DNA from: Hormiphora californensis
Lineage: Eukaryota > Animalia > Ctenophora
DNA: 64,000 nt
Assembly (NCBI GenBank): GCA_020137815.1
Contig: CM035350.1
Location: 7,936,001-8,000,000, forward strand
Reading direction: 5' to 3'
Shown here: positions 50,493-63,952 of the stretch, in pieces
Layout of the letters: each line of letters begins with the position of its first letter
Numbering within the stretch: the stretch's first letter is position 1
Made by a program: the position numbers and the translations under genes
Notes under the pieces: generated by a model
Told to the model about the DNA's origin: nothing
Databases searched by the model: none
The model's input: the letters and a program-made list of their open reading frames with translations, nothing else

Positions 50493-51004
50493 TAATATCA
50501 TCGTATTCTTGGTTGAGACAAAACAAGACTCTGTTTTTACATAAAGAAATACTTATTGCGTGAAACAACATACCAACGAGAAGGAAAGAGAGGGAGAGGG
50601 GGTTTAGAGAATCACTCGAATATTGATTTCTTGTTAATTTCACACGACGATCATATTATATTATTATTTGAGAGGTGAATTGCAGAGCTTGCTATCATGT
50701 ATAAACGTTTTCAAGTGATCAACAAGGGCCTGGGGTAGACAGAGAACGGTTTAATTATGAAGTCTGTTCTACAGACGCTTTACGACACCAATAACTTATC
50801 ACAGACAAATAGGGGGCCGGGGGCTAACTTATAGTGAGAAAGAGAAACAGATCAGAGAAATTAAAAACTGAAAAGAAGAGAGAAAGAGAGGGAGAGAGAA
50901 GGAATGAAGGGGTGCTATGTACAGATCAAGTATTGGTGATGAGGGTGTGTGTGTGTGTGTGTTTGTGTGTTTATGTCTCTGTAGTATACACAACATCATC
51001 ACCC

Positions 51005-54000
51005 TCACGACTCCTCCTCCCCTCCCTCGATATCCTGTATCTCTGTGTTATCTCCCTCCCCGTCCACAGCGACGGCCGTATCACTAGTCCACAGGGTCAG
51101 GTTGTCCCTCAGCAGCTGCATAATCAGTGTGCTGTCCTTGTAACTCTCCTCTGCGAGGGCGTCCAACTCAGCAATGGCGTCATCGAAGGCCTCTTTGGCA
51201 AGGCGGCATGCCCTCTCAGGGCTGGCCAGGATCTCGTAGTAGAAGACGGAGAAGTTGAGGGCCAGACCCAACCTGATTGGGTGGGTAGGAGCCATGGTCC
51301 TTGAGGCATCCGTTGCCAGTTTATAGCTAGACAGGGAGCTCTCTGCAGCCTCTTTCCTCGCCTGGCTGGTGGTGAACTCAGCAAGGTAACGGTAATAATC
51401 TCCCTTCATCTTGTAGTAAAACACCTGTGATTCTGCAACCTGGGCATTAGCAATCAGGTAGTTGTCTAGCACGTTTAGAATATCATCACAGATAGCCTTT
51501 AGTTCCTTCTCGATTTCTTCCCTGTACGCTGTCAGAAAAAAGGGGTGTTAGATTTAGAATAACTTGCATGATGCATCTCTATCTGGAAACGAACACTTCT
51601 CCCCCTACTACTTCTTTTCCCTTCTTACCACTGGTTCCAGCATTATTCTTCTTTGCTTCCTCACTATCCTTACTCTCCAAGGTACTGATAATTCTCCATG
51701 ACGCTCGTAGTGCACCGATTACATTCTTATAGGCGACAGACAACAGATTCCTTTGTTCAACTGTCAAATCCTCGCCCAGGGAAGCAACCTGAAAATACGG
51801 AATTTTGTTAATACACAGACTGTCGTAAGATCAAATTTCTGTATCTGGGTTTATGGGACTGCTTTATTAGAGGGGCTCCTGTGGGGAAAAAGAGAGAGAG
51901 AGTAGGAGAGAGAGAGAGGAGAGAGAAGGAGAGGAAGAGAGAGAATGAGAAGAGAGGGAGGAAGGGAGGAGAGGGAAGCTGAAGAAAAAGTAGGGGAAAA
52001 ACGTTTTCGGGGAAACTCAGAGGAAAGAGAGCAGATTTCGGGGGCCCCGCTCCTCTAGAATGTCTCTGGGGGGGTCCCCTGACTATTCTTGCCCCTTTTG
52101 TGAGCGGGCCCCGGGGGGCGGCAGGTTTTGGGGCTCGGGCTAAACCCCGGCCCCCTTTTGTTTTGGGGGGAGGCTGCCCGGGGGCCCCGCCGGGGCCAAT
52201 GGCAAGGGGGGAGAGGCACAACAAAGAGGGTAATTTAAAGCCTGTGGTTTTTAGTTTGTAATTTCCACAGCCTTACCGTTTCGAATAAGTGGTTTCCCTT
52301 TTTTTGTCAAACCCCGACTTTTTCTTGTTACCATATTTCTCTTTCCTCGCTCTTTTCCCCTTTACCTTTTCCCCCTTTCCTTTATTTTCTTTCGGTTTTT
52401 AAAAAAAACCCCCCAAAAACCACCGTTCCCCCCCGCCTAAACTTTTTTATCGGAGGGAAATTTCAGGGACAAAAACAGTTTCCTTTTTTTAAACTGTCAA
52501 ATCCCGCCCAGGGAGCAACCTGAAAATCCGGGGAATTTTTTTAAAATACACAGATTTGGCCGGTTTATGATAAAAGAATTTTCATTTTAACCCTTGTGTT
52601 TTATTTAAAACGTTTTTAACTCCCCGGGGGTTTAAAAAAAAAAGAAAAAAAAAGGGGGGGAGAAAAAAAAATTTTCCCCCGGGGGGCCCCCTTTCCTTTT
52701 TAAAAATTTCCCCGTGGTTCTGGGGGGCCCTCGCCGTTTTGGGGTTTTGGGGAATTTTTCCCCCTTCGCTTCTCGGGGCCCCCCCCCTCCTTTTTTGGGG
52801 CTAGAGGCCTTTCTGGGTCGGGCGGCCCCTCTCTCTCTCCTCTCTTTCCTTTTCCCCTTTCCCCCTCTCTTTTTCTCTTCTCGGTTTTCCTCCCCCTTTT
52901 TCTCGTTTATTTTCCTTCCCCCCTCTCTTTCCCCCTCCCCCTCCCTCCCCCCCCTCTCTCTTCCTCTTTTTGGGGGGGCTCTTCTTTCCGCTCTCTCGCC
53001 CCCCCTCTCTCGTCCCTCGCTCTCCCCCTCTCCCCTCTCGGGGGCGCTTCCCCTCTCGCCCCTTTTTGGGGGGGGGGGCTCTCCCCCCCTTTTCCAAAAA
53101 GCTGGGGGTTTCTGAAGATTTTAAATAAATTTTTCCCCCTTTTTCCAAAAATTTTGTCCCGGGGGGGTTTGAGGAAAAAAGGGCCCCCCAAAATTGCTAA
53201 ATGGGTTTTGGGGGGGCAAAGGGGGAAACAGCTGCCTTTTTCCCTTTGTAAAATACCTTTTATCCCCCCTTTTTCGCTCGGCCCCCCCTTTGCTCCGCCA
53301 TTTTTACCATAAAACACCAGGTTTTTCCCAAAACAGGTCATATTTTCCCTTTTTTTCCATCCCGAACTGTGGTTCGGGGCTTTTGACCCCGGGGCTACAA
53401 GACAGTGTGAACGTTAATTTTTTCTGTTCACATTTAGAGCTAAAGGAAAAGGGGTTTAATAAAAAACAGGGGAAATTTTTGGGAAATTTAAAACCCGGGA
53501 AATTGGTACCCGAAAAACAATTAAAAAAAACGAAATAAAAGAACTTTAGACAAAAACCCCCCTTGGTTCTTGTTTTTTCCCCAAAGTTCCTTTTAAAATA
53601 CCCTAAAGAATTTAATTTCCGGGGACCCACGTGAAAAATTTTTTGGCCCAAAAAGCCCCTTTTGGGGCCCACAAATTTCAGGACTGAACCAATCGACCCC
53701 CCGTGGACGGGTAAAATGGGTTTTTACCAAAAGCCCCTGTTTTAAATTTGTTTCCTGCCCTTTTTCCCCCCAACCCGCAACAATGGGCCAATTTTTCCTT
53801 CGCGTTTTAAACGAAGCTAGGGCCCCGGGCAGGTAAATTTAGATGGCGGGGCTGCCGCTCCCCGTCATTTGGGACACGACCTGTCAAAAATGTCCAAATC
53901 GACACCTCCCGGAAACAATGGGGGAAATTTGGGTTGATTTTTGGGTGCTCCAGTTTCCGGGTTTGGGAAACAAAACCCGGGTGACATAAAGCCCTCCCTT

Positions 54001-56127
54001 TGGTGAAAAGATCTACTTTTTTTAACCCACTGCTCTGAGGGATTTTTTTAAAAAAAACGTTTGGGCCATTCTGTTTTTTCTACTTGTGTTTGGGCATAAA
54101 AAGCACAATTTCCTTAAATGCCCTTTCACGGAAACCCTCCTGTAACATGCGGGGTTACAAAAAAGCAGCCCCTTTAAGCCTCTTTAACGACCCCCCTCAT
54201 GCTCTCGTATCAGTCATCTTTTTTAAACAAAGTGTTCGCCCCATCGATGTTTGGCTTTTGAAAGCATTTAGTCTTCTCCCCTCAGCCAAATTAAAACCAA
54301 AAAGGCTGTAAAAGGGGGCCCCTATTGAATTTAATTAACCCATCCTCTGTTCCCATTTTGGCCATGTCAAAATTTTGCCCCCGAAAACTAATTAAAGGGT
54401 TGTTAGATAAACCGGAAAAAGGGGGTTCTTGCAGAAAACCAACACAAACTTGGGGATCAGCGCCTTTTTCCCTTGAAAATGCCCCTTCCATTCTAAACCA
54501 AACGTCTTAAACCCCTTTCCCCTCCAACGGTCCACATTCCGGGCAAACGTGCCCTCCGCTTTTGTTAGTCCTCAAAAAGTGCAACATCGGGGTCCCGGGG
54601 ACAGCACATTTAAAAACCCCACGAAACCCGGTTTTTTTACGAGACATTTTTTTTCTAAGACAAGTGGGGCCCTTTAAAAGGTTTTACGGTAGACTGTAGA
54701 GGAATTTTGGTTGGTTTTCCCACGTTTGGGGGAAGTGTGTATACTGGGGGGGCGGGGTCCCTTTTTTAAAAAGAGTTTGAAAACTTTGACCTTGCCTTGG
54801 CCTTGCTTTTTTAAATACTTGTGCGACGCGCAGGAAAGACAAATTTCGAGAACGCGCTTTAAAGAAAATGCCGTCAAAAACCCAAAAAGACTCGCACAGC
54901 GCTACATTATCTAAACCCCCCCGGTGCCCGGTTTTTTGTTTTTCCCCGCTACTTTTCCCGGGTTTTTAGGGTTCGATTTTTGATTATTTGGGGTTTCCAC
55001 CAATTTTAATTTTTTCATTGATAAATTTTAAAAAGGGGTGATTCAATAGTTTTTCCCCCTGAGCCCTATTCCCATACGAATTCAAAGATATATTAAAAAC
55101 TCGATCTTCCGGATATTAGATCGTTTTCCCTAAATATGTTTAAAAAACCCCTAAACATTTTTAAAACCCTGATTTCAGATCAGCTCTGGGGTTGTTCTCC
55201 CTCCCCCTTTTCCCCCCCCATCATGTGACCCCTATATAAATCTCGGGCCCCCCCGATTACCCGCCCCCCCTTTTTCAAAGCGGGTTGGAGTTCTCTTTCT
55301 TTCCCCCCGAAAATACCTAGTTCTATCCACTATCAAGTTTACTGGACTTTCCGGGTTCAAAACTAACTTTCCAGTTTTCCCACTTCTCTTCATCTCTCTG
55401 GCGGACCTGCTGAGTGGGCCTAGTGCCGTGCTTTTTCAGCATTTAGAAGCGCGGGTAACGCGCGAGATATTGAAGTATCATCCTGAAGTATCATCTCTCA
55501 GAGAGCCCAGAATCATTGTTTTCTGAAGTTTTCTTTTATAGAAAGCTTCATGGTGTACCTGGGGTGTTAAAACAACCCGGGATCGTGTAGTATGGACAAT
55601 TTGTGGGTGGCCAATTGACGGCTTTTTTTAAATTTCACTCGCATTTCCGTGTGAGAGCTCGTGGAACAAAGTGTGTCTGTTTTCTCTGAAATTAGAGTTC
55701 AAAACAGATTTGTACACTGCTCAGCTTGTACTCACCCGTTTTTCATCTAGTTTTCACCAGTGTGCTCGGGGAACAATTGCCAATAACGAACAACAAGCGA
55801 AATGACGCAAACCCGCCAACTTTTCTCTCAGCGTGCGTGTTTGTGCTTGTTGGTCAAAACTTGCTAGTCGCGTGTGCGGCGCTGAGAGAATCCTGAAGTA
55901 TCCCGCGCACCCCTTGGTTCTGAAGATATTGAATGAAATTTTCCAGCAACATTGTACCAGTGAGGGTGGAGAGATAAAGTAGCAAAATATGTCAATAGTT
56001 TGTTGCAAAGAGGGGCACAGCTGACCTGTTTCATGTAAGATACCATATCATCGTATCGCTCTGCCTGCTCCGCCAGTTTAGCCATATACACCAGGTCTTC
56101 CACAGTCATACTTTCTGTTGCTGCCAT
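51005..56127 (-). CDS. 14-3-3 protein, 3 exons (56127-56026, 51788-51629, 51528-51005)
   Basis: [58 protein letters not shown] and [19 protein letters not shown]. Intron 1 is inflated by the noisy duplicate. Confidence 0.97.
51880..55315. other. Error-ridden duplicate of 14-3-3 exon/intron sequence, TFIIB and the next gene's 3' end; probable unpolished long-read artefact
   Basis: 52440-52560 matches ~51725-51830, 53090-53540 matches ~55890-56280, 53620-54700 matches TFIIB, and 54780-55310 matches ~57440-57890. The differences are dominated by homopolymer expansion. Confidence 0.85.
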
Positions 56128-56349
56128 CCCGATCTGTGTTCAGTGTGAGCCCGGCTACAAGACAGTGTGAACAGTTAGAGTTTCTGATTAACAGTTAGAG
56201 CTGATGATAAAGGGGTAAACGGGAATTGGGAAGTAAAAAGTCGGGTATTGGTATCTGAAAACAATTGAAAAACGAAATATATACAGAACATAGCACATAC
56301 ATATAATATGCTTTGTCAAAGAAGTTAAGTGTTAAAATAGCCTGACAAT

Positions 56350-57285
56350 TCAGGCACGCATCGTGTAAAACTGGTCCAAATGTCCCTTTGCCACTATTTC
56401 AGGACTGAACAATCGATCCCGTGACGGGTACATGGTTTTACACGTTTGTCTTATCGTTGCCTCCGCCACACCCGCAACATCGCCAATATCCTTCGCAGAC
56501 TTATCGATAGCTAGGGCCTGGCAGGTAAAGTAGATGGCAGCTGCTGCTACCGTCACTGGGACACGACCTGTCACAATGTCCAAATCGACTGCCTGCCGGG
56601 CAACAGATGTGGCAATTTGTTGAGTTTTGTGCTCCAGATCCAGGTTGGAACAGAACCGTGACATAAAGTCTCCCGTTGTGATAAGATCTACATTTGTACC
56701 CACTGCTCTGATGATAAGTTTAAACGATTTGCCGATCTGTTTTCTACTTGCTGATTGGCATACAGCACATATTTCCTTGAATGACCTCACGGCACCCTCC
56801 TGTGAACATGCTATGTACAAACAAGCAGCACAATTAGCCTCCGTTGAACGACCTCTCAGCGCTCTCGTATCAGTCATCTTCTTGAACAGAGTGTTCGCCC
56901 TATCGATGATGGCTTGTGAAGCATTTAGTCTATCTGCCATCAGCCTGATTACACCAAAGGCGTGTATAAGGGCCCTATCTGAACTTGAATTACCCATCCT
57001 TTGTTGCCATCTGGCCATGTCATAATTGTCCCCAGTGAACTGAATTGAAGTTGTTAGATCACCAGATAGAAGGGGATTCTCTGCAGCTCCAACACGACTT
57101 GGATCAGCGCCGTTATCGTCTGAAAATGTCCTCCATTCTGAACCAACGTCTATAACTCTGTTACCTACAACGAGTCCACATTCCGGGCAAACAGTGTCTC
57201 CCGCTCTGTAGTCCTCAACAAGTGCAACATCGGGGTGCTGGGGACAGCACATTCGACCCCACGCACCGGTGTTTTTACGAGACAT
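56350..57285 (-). CDS. GTF2B: General transcription factor IIB, single exon
   Basis: Zinc ribbon CPQHPD..LVEDYRAGDTVCPECGLV, B-reader VIDVGSEWRTFS, and cyclin repeats (ACLYIAC, FMSRFCSNL, IGDVAGVAEATIRQ). Confidence 0.98.
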   Translation of the reverse strand: MSRKNTGAWGRMCCPQHPDVALVEDYRAGDTVCPECGLVVGNRVIDVGSEWRTFSDDNGADPSRVGAAENPLLSGDLTTSIQFTGDNYDMARWQQRMGNSSSDRALIHAFGVIRLMADRLNASQAIIDRANTLFKKMTDTRALRGRSTEANCAACLYIACSQEGAVRSFKEICAVCQSASRKQIGKSFKLIIRAVGTNVDLITTGDFMSRFCSNLDLEHKTQQIATSVARQAVDLDIVTGRVPVTVAAAAIYFTCQALAIDKSAKDIGDVAGVAEATIRQTCKTMYPSRDRLFSPEIVAKGHLDQFYTMRA

Positions 57286-57824
57286 TTTGTTCTAGAGACA
57301 AGTGGGGACCTGTAAGGTTTACTGTAGACTGTAGAGCAAGGTGGCGTAGGCTGTCACGTTTAGGGGAAGCGGCCAGCGGGTAAAGCGACGCGGCTGCCGG
57401 AACTTTTTTCAAAAAGTGTTTAGGAAATCTCAATTTTTTTAAGGCCTTGACCTTCTCGCGCGGCGCAGCGGCAATAAATTTCGAGAACGCGCATTGAATA
57501 ACATGCGTCGCAACCCGGAAAGACTCGCGCGAGCGCTACAGTTGTCAGTTATTGTTAGATATTGACTCAATATCGAACAATAACTGACAACTGTCCACCC
57601 CTGGTCCATTATATTTAGTTCATTGATCAAATTAAAAAGCGGTGATTCAATAGTTATTCTGAGCACATATTACCATACGAATTCAAAGATATATATAATA
57701 CTCGATCTGTCCGGATATTAGATCGTTTACTCAATATGATTAAAAAGCTGAACACTTAACACTGATTTCAGATCAGCTCTGTGATTGTTCTCCCTCTCTT
57801 TCTCAGTCATCCCTGATATGATAC

Positions 57825-59370
57825 TCAGGATCCCCGATTACCCGCACCCTCCTTGTTCAAAGCAGGGGGAGTTCTCTTCTTTCCCCCGAAAACAGCGTCG
57901 TTAAAAGCATCCATGAGGCTAGCCTTGAGGGTCCTCCCCGCCATCTTACTCTTGAATGATTTTGGTGGTGTGTGAGTTTTAATGGGGGACGGTTTGGTTG
58001 CTTTCCTCTCGAACACGGGTGAAGTAGCCTCATCATCAGTGGGGGCTACAGCAGTTCCACTTGTATTGGCAGCAGTAGCAGGGGTTGTTTGTTTGTTTTC
58101 TTGTCCTGGACTGCTGGTCTCTGGTTCCTCGAAGGGCTCAAACACCTCCCCGAACTTGTTCTCAAATCGTGGCGTGGCTTGTTGTACTGGTGGCTCTTGG
58201 TCCTTTACCGGGGATGGGGAATCTGAATGGGAATGGTTAGATCGTTACACAATGCGGGGTTAGATCGTTACACAATGCGGGGTTAGATCGTTACACAACG
58301 GGGTTAGATCGTTACACAATGCGGGGTTAGATCGTTACACAATGCGGGGTTAGATCGTTACACAATGTGGGGTTAGATCGTTACACAACGGGGTTAGATC
58401 GTTACACAACTGATAACGGGGTTAGATCGTTACACAATGCGGGGTTAGATCGTTACACAATGCGGGGTTAGATCGTTACACAATGCGGGGTTAGATCGTT
58501 ACACAATGCGGGGTTAGATCGTTACACAATGCGGGGTTAGATCGTTACACAATGCGGGGTTAGATCGTTACACAACGGGGTTAGATCGTTACACAATGCG
58601 GGGTTAGATCGTTACACAATGCGGGGTTAGATTGTTACACAATGTGGGGTTAGATCGTTACACAATGCAATGCGGGGTTAGATTGTTACACAATGTGGGG
58701 TTAGATCGTTACACAATGCAATGCGGGGTTAGATCGTTACACAATGCGGGGTTAGATCGTTACACAATGCGGGGTTAGATCGTTACACAACGGGGTTAGA
58801 TCGTTACACAACGGGGTTAGATCGTTACACAATGCGGGGTTAGATCGTTACACAACTTACAAAATACAAATCACCCCCATGAATATCATTATAATGGATA
58901 GAGAGGATAGCACTGTATTTAGGCCCTTCACTTCTGCTCTTCACTTCTGACCTCTGGCCCGATATCTTACCTGGAACGGCTGGTGCGTGGAAATCATAAG
59001 CTCCACTAGTATCCATGGGAAGTGCAGTAATCTTGGTCCGGAGAGCACGGTTTGAGATAGAAATTGGCTCCTCTCTAGCTACCACTGGGCTGGGAGGTCT
59101 GTCCCAAACTGTGGGAGGGGGGATATATATCGTTAGAACAACCTGAGTTGAGCGTGTGTTGTGTGTGCTACTCACTTTCACGTTTTAGCCTGGAGCCACG
59201 ATGAGAGGAACGGCGAATTGGATATCCTGTGAAATGAGGTGGTATGTGGTGAGATGTGTATTGTGTAATGTACAGTGTGCACACATGTGTATTGTGTGCA
59301 CACATGTGTATTGTGTAATGTACAGTGTGCACTGTGCACACTGCACACGGTGCACCAGAAGAGTCATCGA
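57825..59370 (-). CDS. Uncharacterised Pro/Ser/Thr-rich, probably disordered protein; 5' end unresolved
   Basis: Phase-1-compatible exons ~59226-59182, 59109-58971 and 58222-57825 read GYPIRRSSHRGSRLK-LWDRPPSPVV...GAYDFHAPAVP-DSPSPVKDQE...GNRGS*. No family recognised. Confidence 0.55.
58236..58855. repeat. 23-bp intronic minisatellite (GGGGTTAGATCGTTACACAATGC)n with 21-bp variants
   Basis: Read directly from the sequence. Confidence 0.95.
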
Positions 59371-59942
59371 CCTTTGGTATGTTCTAACTTCTAACCCTTC
59401 CGGAGCTCTCGAAAAGGGGGGTAGAGCTAAGCAAATCGACCCCAACTAAAAATGCGAAACAAACTCCACTTGGGGGAGGGGTGACCCAGCTGTCACCTTC
59501 CTGAACCACTCTACCGATTGCCAAGCTGGACCCTACCGATTGCCAAGCTAGACTGTGTTTCGAGCGCCCCGCCCCCGAAAATACAAATGTAAATAGAGGG
59601 TTAGAATATAACAACCTACGGAATAAAAACTGAGAATTTTGTTCTAAAACTGGATAATTTTGTCCTAAAACTGAGAATTAAGATTTACTGTCTCTGGTCG
59701 AAAATTAATTATTATATTAATTATTATTATTTCTTTTTCCTGCTGCTGAAGACACTCTTCCGGATGATCTATTTGGCACTCAATACTTAGTTTTTCCTAG
59801 TACTGAACTTTTCCTATGAATTCTGATCGTGTCTAGTTTCCTAATGATCTCGTTCTCTTAGTTCAGATACCACAATTCTGTCACGTGTTTACTGTTTCCT
59901 AATGCTCCTGTTCTTTTAGTTCTTACCTCTCATACCACTCAA

Positions 59943-60261
59943 ACAACCAACATTGCAAAATATGTAAATGATCACTTGCAATGCAATGAATATTTATCAC
60001 CGCAAAACTTCCACGAAATTGATATGGTCTCTTATCTCTGAAACCAATCGGACAACCAAGAAAGAATTGTAAAACATGTAAATGATCACACGTCAATGTA
60101 ATCTATTACATGGACGTATGATCATTTACATGTTCTTTGTTGGTTGTCTGATTGGTTTCAGAGATAAGAGACCATATCAATTTCGTGGAAGTTTTGCGGT
60201 GATAAATATTCATTGCATTGCAAGTGATCATTTACATGTTTTGCAATTCTTTGTTGGTTGT
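59943..60261. mobile_element. Palindromic MITE-like element with ~150-bp arms
   Basis: TGCAAAATATGTAAATGATCACTTGCAATGC...GAAACCAATCGGACAACCAA is mirrored at 60120-60261. Confidence 0.75.
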
Positions 60262-61388
60262 CCGATCTCTGCATATTTGATTGGTATTTGGTTCTATAAA
60301 AACATCCCGTGATCCAACCCTATTTAACAGACAATATGTGGTTGTACCTTTAGATTACCATCCATTGCATTCGCCAATAAAATTTGACACTCTTTCTTAG
60401 GCTGCGGATTACGGGGCCCCCGGATGAGACGCCCATACCCGGAAAATTTGCTTATTTGTGGTAAATTAGCACAATTTTGGATGCCAACACTCAGTCATAT
60501 TTTTTGGCTTAAAACCAGACCATACTATTTATTTAGTAACCTAATTCGGTCAATTTCATATTCTAAGCTTCTCATTAACTTTTGAAAAAAATACAAGGAT
60601 TGTTTCTATCCCACATTTTAGGAGGGAAATTCGCAGATTTGCCTCAAAAATCTTATAAATCTCACGGGTTTTGGCCAAAAATCGAAAATCTCAAAAATCT
60701 CAGCTACCCTGAAAATCGCCAATGATGCATGCGGTTGTTGCGGCAGCCCTCCCCCCAACATATTGACCGTGCAGTTTGAAAATGAGAAAGCACGCAATTC
60801 TATCGAAAGAGATTTTATGGTACCAAAATGATAGGAAATATGTATTGTAATCGATTGACGGTCATCCCGTTGAATATTTCTGTGGATCTTTCTCTTGAAA
60901 AGAGTAGAGACAATGCGGTTGGGGGTTGGTATGAGCGCTGAGGGAGGGCGGCTGAATATTAACGATAAAGAAGTTGCGAATCTAAGTCTGTACCCAGGCC
61001 TCAGTATTTTAGTTTGTTCTGTCTAGCATGTTTTTTTATAACGACTTCTCAGACGATATAGATATTGTACTTCTGAGACCCCGGTATCGGATTGCTGTTT
61101 CTCTAGATACTAGAGTACCCGAGCTATGGCCTATGACAATGCACAAAAAGGGGTGGCACGTGACTTTAACCACGTGGTGATCTAACCGCTCCTACTATCA
61201 TACACATTGGGTTTTTGAAAAAAATGGCGAGGCGGGTAAATCATTTACTGTAACACGCGAATTTTCCCAAAAAAGCGCTGCTTTTTTACGCCGCGCGGAA
61301 CCTAAAATTACGCGCGCAGTGTAAAATTTTAAAATTCATTGAAAATTTCCTCGCGTTTTATGTCGCAAAAAAAAGTCGACGAAAAATT

Positions 61389-63952
61389 TCGCGTTCAACT
61401 CTCACACAGCAGCTGCAGAACATGGCGGGAAACATCGAGGAGTAGAGAGAGGGTCGGTGCCGAATCAAATATTTCTTGATCTTGATCTACTCCATCTCTC
61501 AGCTATCCTACCCCTCATCAACTCGATCTCTCAGCTACCCTACCCCTCATCTACTCCTGACTCCATCTTTCAGCTACCCTACCCCTCATCTACTCCATCT
61601 TTCAGCTACCCTACCCCTTATCTAGTCCATCTCTCAGCTACCCTACTCCTCATCTACTCCATCTCTCAGCTTCCCTATTAGGGAAGCATAGAGATGGAAA
61701 CGATTAGGGGTAGGGAATCCCTATCCATAATCGTTTCCATCTCTATGCTTCCCTAGCCCTCATCAACTCCATCTTTCAGCTACCCTACCCCCAGTGGCTT
61801 TTTATAGCGAATGGGCGAATCCCATTCGCAGCGAGAAATTTGACTGACAGCAGAAAAATAGAGAGAAAAATCCCTGTTTTGCTTGCTAATGCTGCTCTCA
61901 CACCTCATTAGTGATCTTATGTGATCGTTACATGTTTAGAGAGCCACAATTGCTAGAAACGGGCGCGGATTTCGATTAGAGATCCCAATTGTTAGCAGTT
62001 ATTCCCGCCGCGCCAGCGGAATTACAGCGGAATGGGAGAAGAACGAGAGCAGAACGACTGCTGCCACAGCAGCAGCGACAGCGGAATGGGATCTAATCAG
62101 GTTCTGTGACATGCGATTCGCAGCGAGATTTTTCTAAAAAGCCACTGGGACCCTACCCCTAATCTAGTCCATCTCTCCGCTACCCTACTCCTCATCTACT
62201 CCATCTCTCAGCTACCCTACCTCCCATTTACTCCATCTCTCACCTTACCTACCTCCCATTTACTCCATATCTCAGCTTCCCTACCTGCCATTTACTTCAT
62301 CTCTCCCATTTACTCCATCTCTCAGCTTACCTACCTCCCATTTACTCCATCGCTTACCTTCCCTACCTCCCATTTACTCCATCTCTCAGCTTCCCTACCT
62401 CCCATTTACTCCATCTCTCAGCTACCCTACCTCCCATTTACTCCATTTCTCAGCTTCCCTACCTCTCATTTACTCCATCTCTCAGCTACCCTACCTCCCA
62501 TTTACTCCATCTCTCAGCTTCCCTACCTCCCATTTACTCCATCTCTCAGCTACCCTACCTCCCATTTACTCCATCGCTTACCTTCCCTACCTCCCATTTA
62601 CTCCATCTCTCAGCTACCTTACCTTCCATTTACTCCATCTCTCAGCTTCCCTACCTCCCATTTACTCCATCTCTCAGCTACCCTAGCTCCCATTTACTCC
62701 ATCTCTCAGCTACCCTACCTCCCATTTACTCCATCTCTCAGCTACCTTACCTCCCATTTACTCCATCTCTCAGCTTACCTACCTCCCATTTACTCCATCT
62801 CTCAGCTTCCCTACCTCCCATTTACTCCATCCCTCAGCTTCCCTACCTGCCATTTACTCCATCTCTCAGCTACCCTACCACCCATTTACTCCATCTCTCA
62901 GCTTCCCTACCTCCCATTTACTCCATCTCTCAGGGGTAGGAATGTTAGGATAAATGAGAGATGGAGTAAATGGGAGGTAGGGAAGCTGAGAGATGGATCA
63001 AATGGGAGGTAGGGTAGCTGAGGGATGGAGTAAATGGGAGGTAGGGAAGCTGAGAGATGGAGTAAATGGGAGGTAGGTAAGCTGAGAGATGGAGTAAATG
63101 GGAGGTAGGGAAGCTGAGAGATGGAGTAAATGGGAGGTAGGGTAGTTGAGAGATGGAGTAAATGGGAGGTAGGGAAGCTGAGAGATGGAGTAAATGGGAG
63201 GTAGGGTAGCTGAGAGATGGAGTAAATGGGAGGTAGGGAAGGTAAGCGATGGAGTAAATGGGAGGTAGGGAAGCTGAGAGATGGAGTAAATGGGAGGTAG
63301 GGAAGCTGAGAGATGAAGTAAATGGGAGGTAGGGTAGCTGAGAGATGGAGTAAATGGGAGGTAGGGAAGCTGAGAGATGGAGTAAATGGCAGGTAGGGAA
63401 GCTGAGATATGGAGTAAATGGGAGGTAGGTAAGCTGAGAGATGGAGTAAATGGGAGGTAGGGAAGCTGAGAGATGGAGTAAATGGGAGGTAGGGTAGCTG
63501 AGAGATGGAGTAGATGAGGAGTAGGGTAGCGGAGAGATGGACTAGATTAGGGGTAGGGTAGCTGAAAGATGGAGTTGATGAGGGCTAGGGAAGCATAGAG
63601 ATGGAAACGATTATGGATAGGGATTCCCTACCCCTAATCGTTTCCATCTCTATGCTTCCCTAATAGGGAAGCTGAGAGATGGAGTAGATGAGGAGTAGGG
63701 TAGCTGAGAGATGGACTAGATAAGGGGTAGGGTAGCTGAAAGATGGAGTAGATGAGGGGTAGGGTAGCTGAAAGATGGAGTCAGGAGTAGATGAGGGGTA
63801 GGGTAGCTGAGAGATCGAGTTGATGAGGGGTAGGATAGCTGAGAGATGGAGTAGATCAAGATCAAGAAATATTTGATTCGGCACCGACCCTCTCTCTACT
63901 CCTCGATGTTTCCCGCCATGTTCTGCAGCTGCTGTGTGAGAGTTGAACGCGA
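61389..63952. mobile_element. Large foldback (FB-like) element whose inverted arms contain a 32-bp satellite
   Basis: 61389 onward (TCGCGTTCAACTCTCACACAGCAGC...) is the reverse complement of the sequence ending at 63952. The (CTCCCATTTACTCCATCTCTCAGCTACCCTAC)n array switches strand at ~62933-62955. Confidence 0.85.
61790..62149. mobile_element. hAT-type MITE nested in the left foldback arm
   Basis: 15-bp TIR CCCAGTGGCTTTTTA and 8-bp TSD ACCCTACC (61782-61789 and 62150-62157). The right arm shows the empty site. Confidence 0.88.

Noticed and set aside
52714-54914. Gly/Lys/Phe/Pro-rich ORFs, or a TFIIB pseudogene
   Set aside because: They are translations of the homopolymer-corrupted duplicate. 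The copy includes introns and spacers, so it is not a retrocopy.
58236-58855. Telomeric repeat (GGGTTAG core)
   Set aside because: The unit is 23 bp, intronic and not a (TTAGGG)n array.
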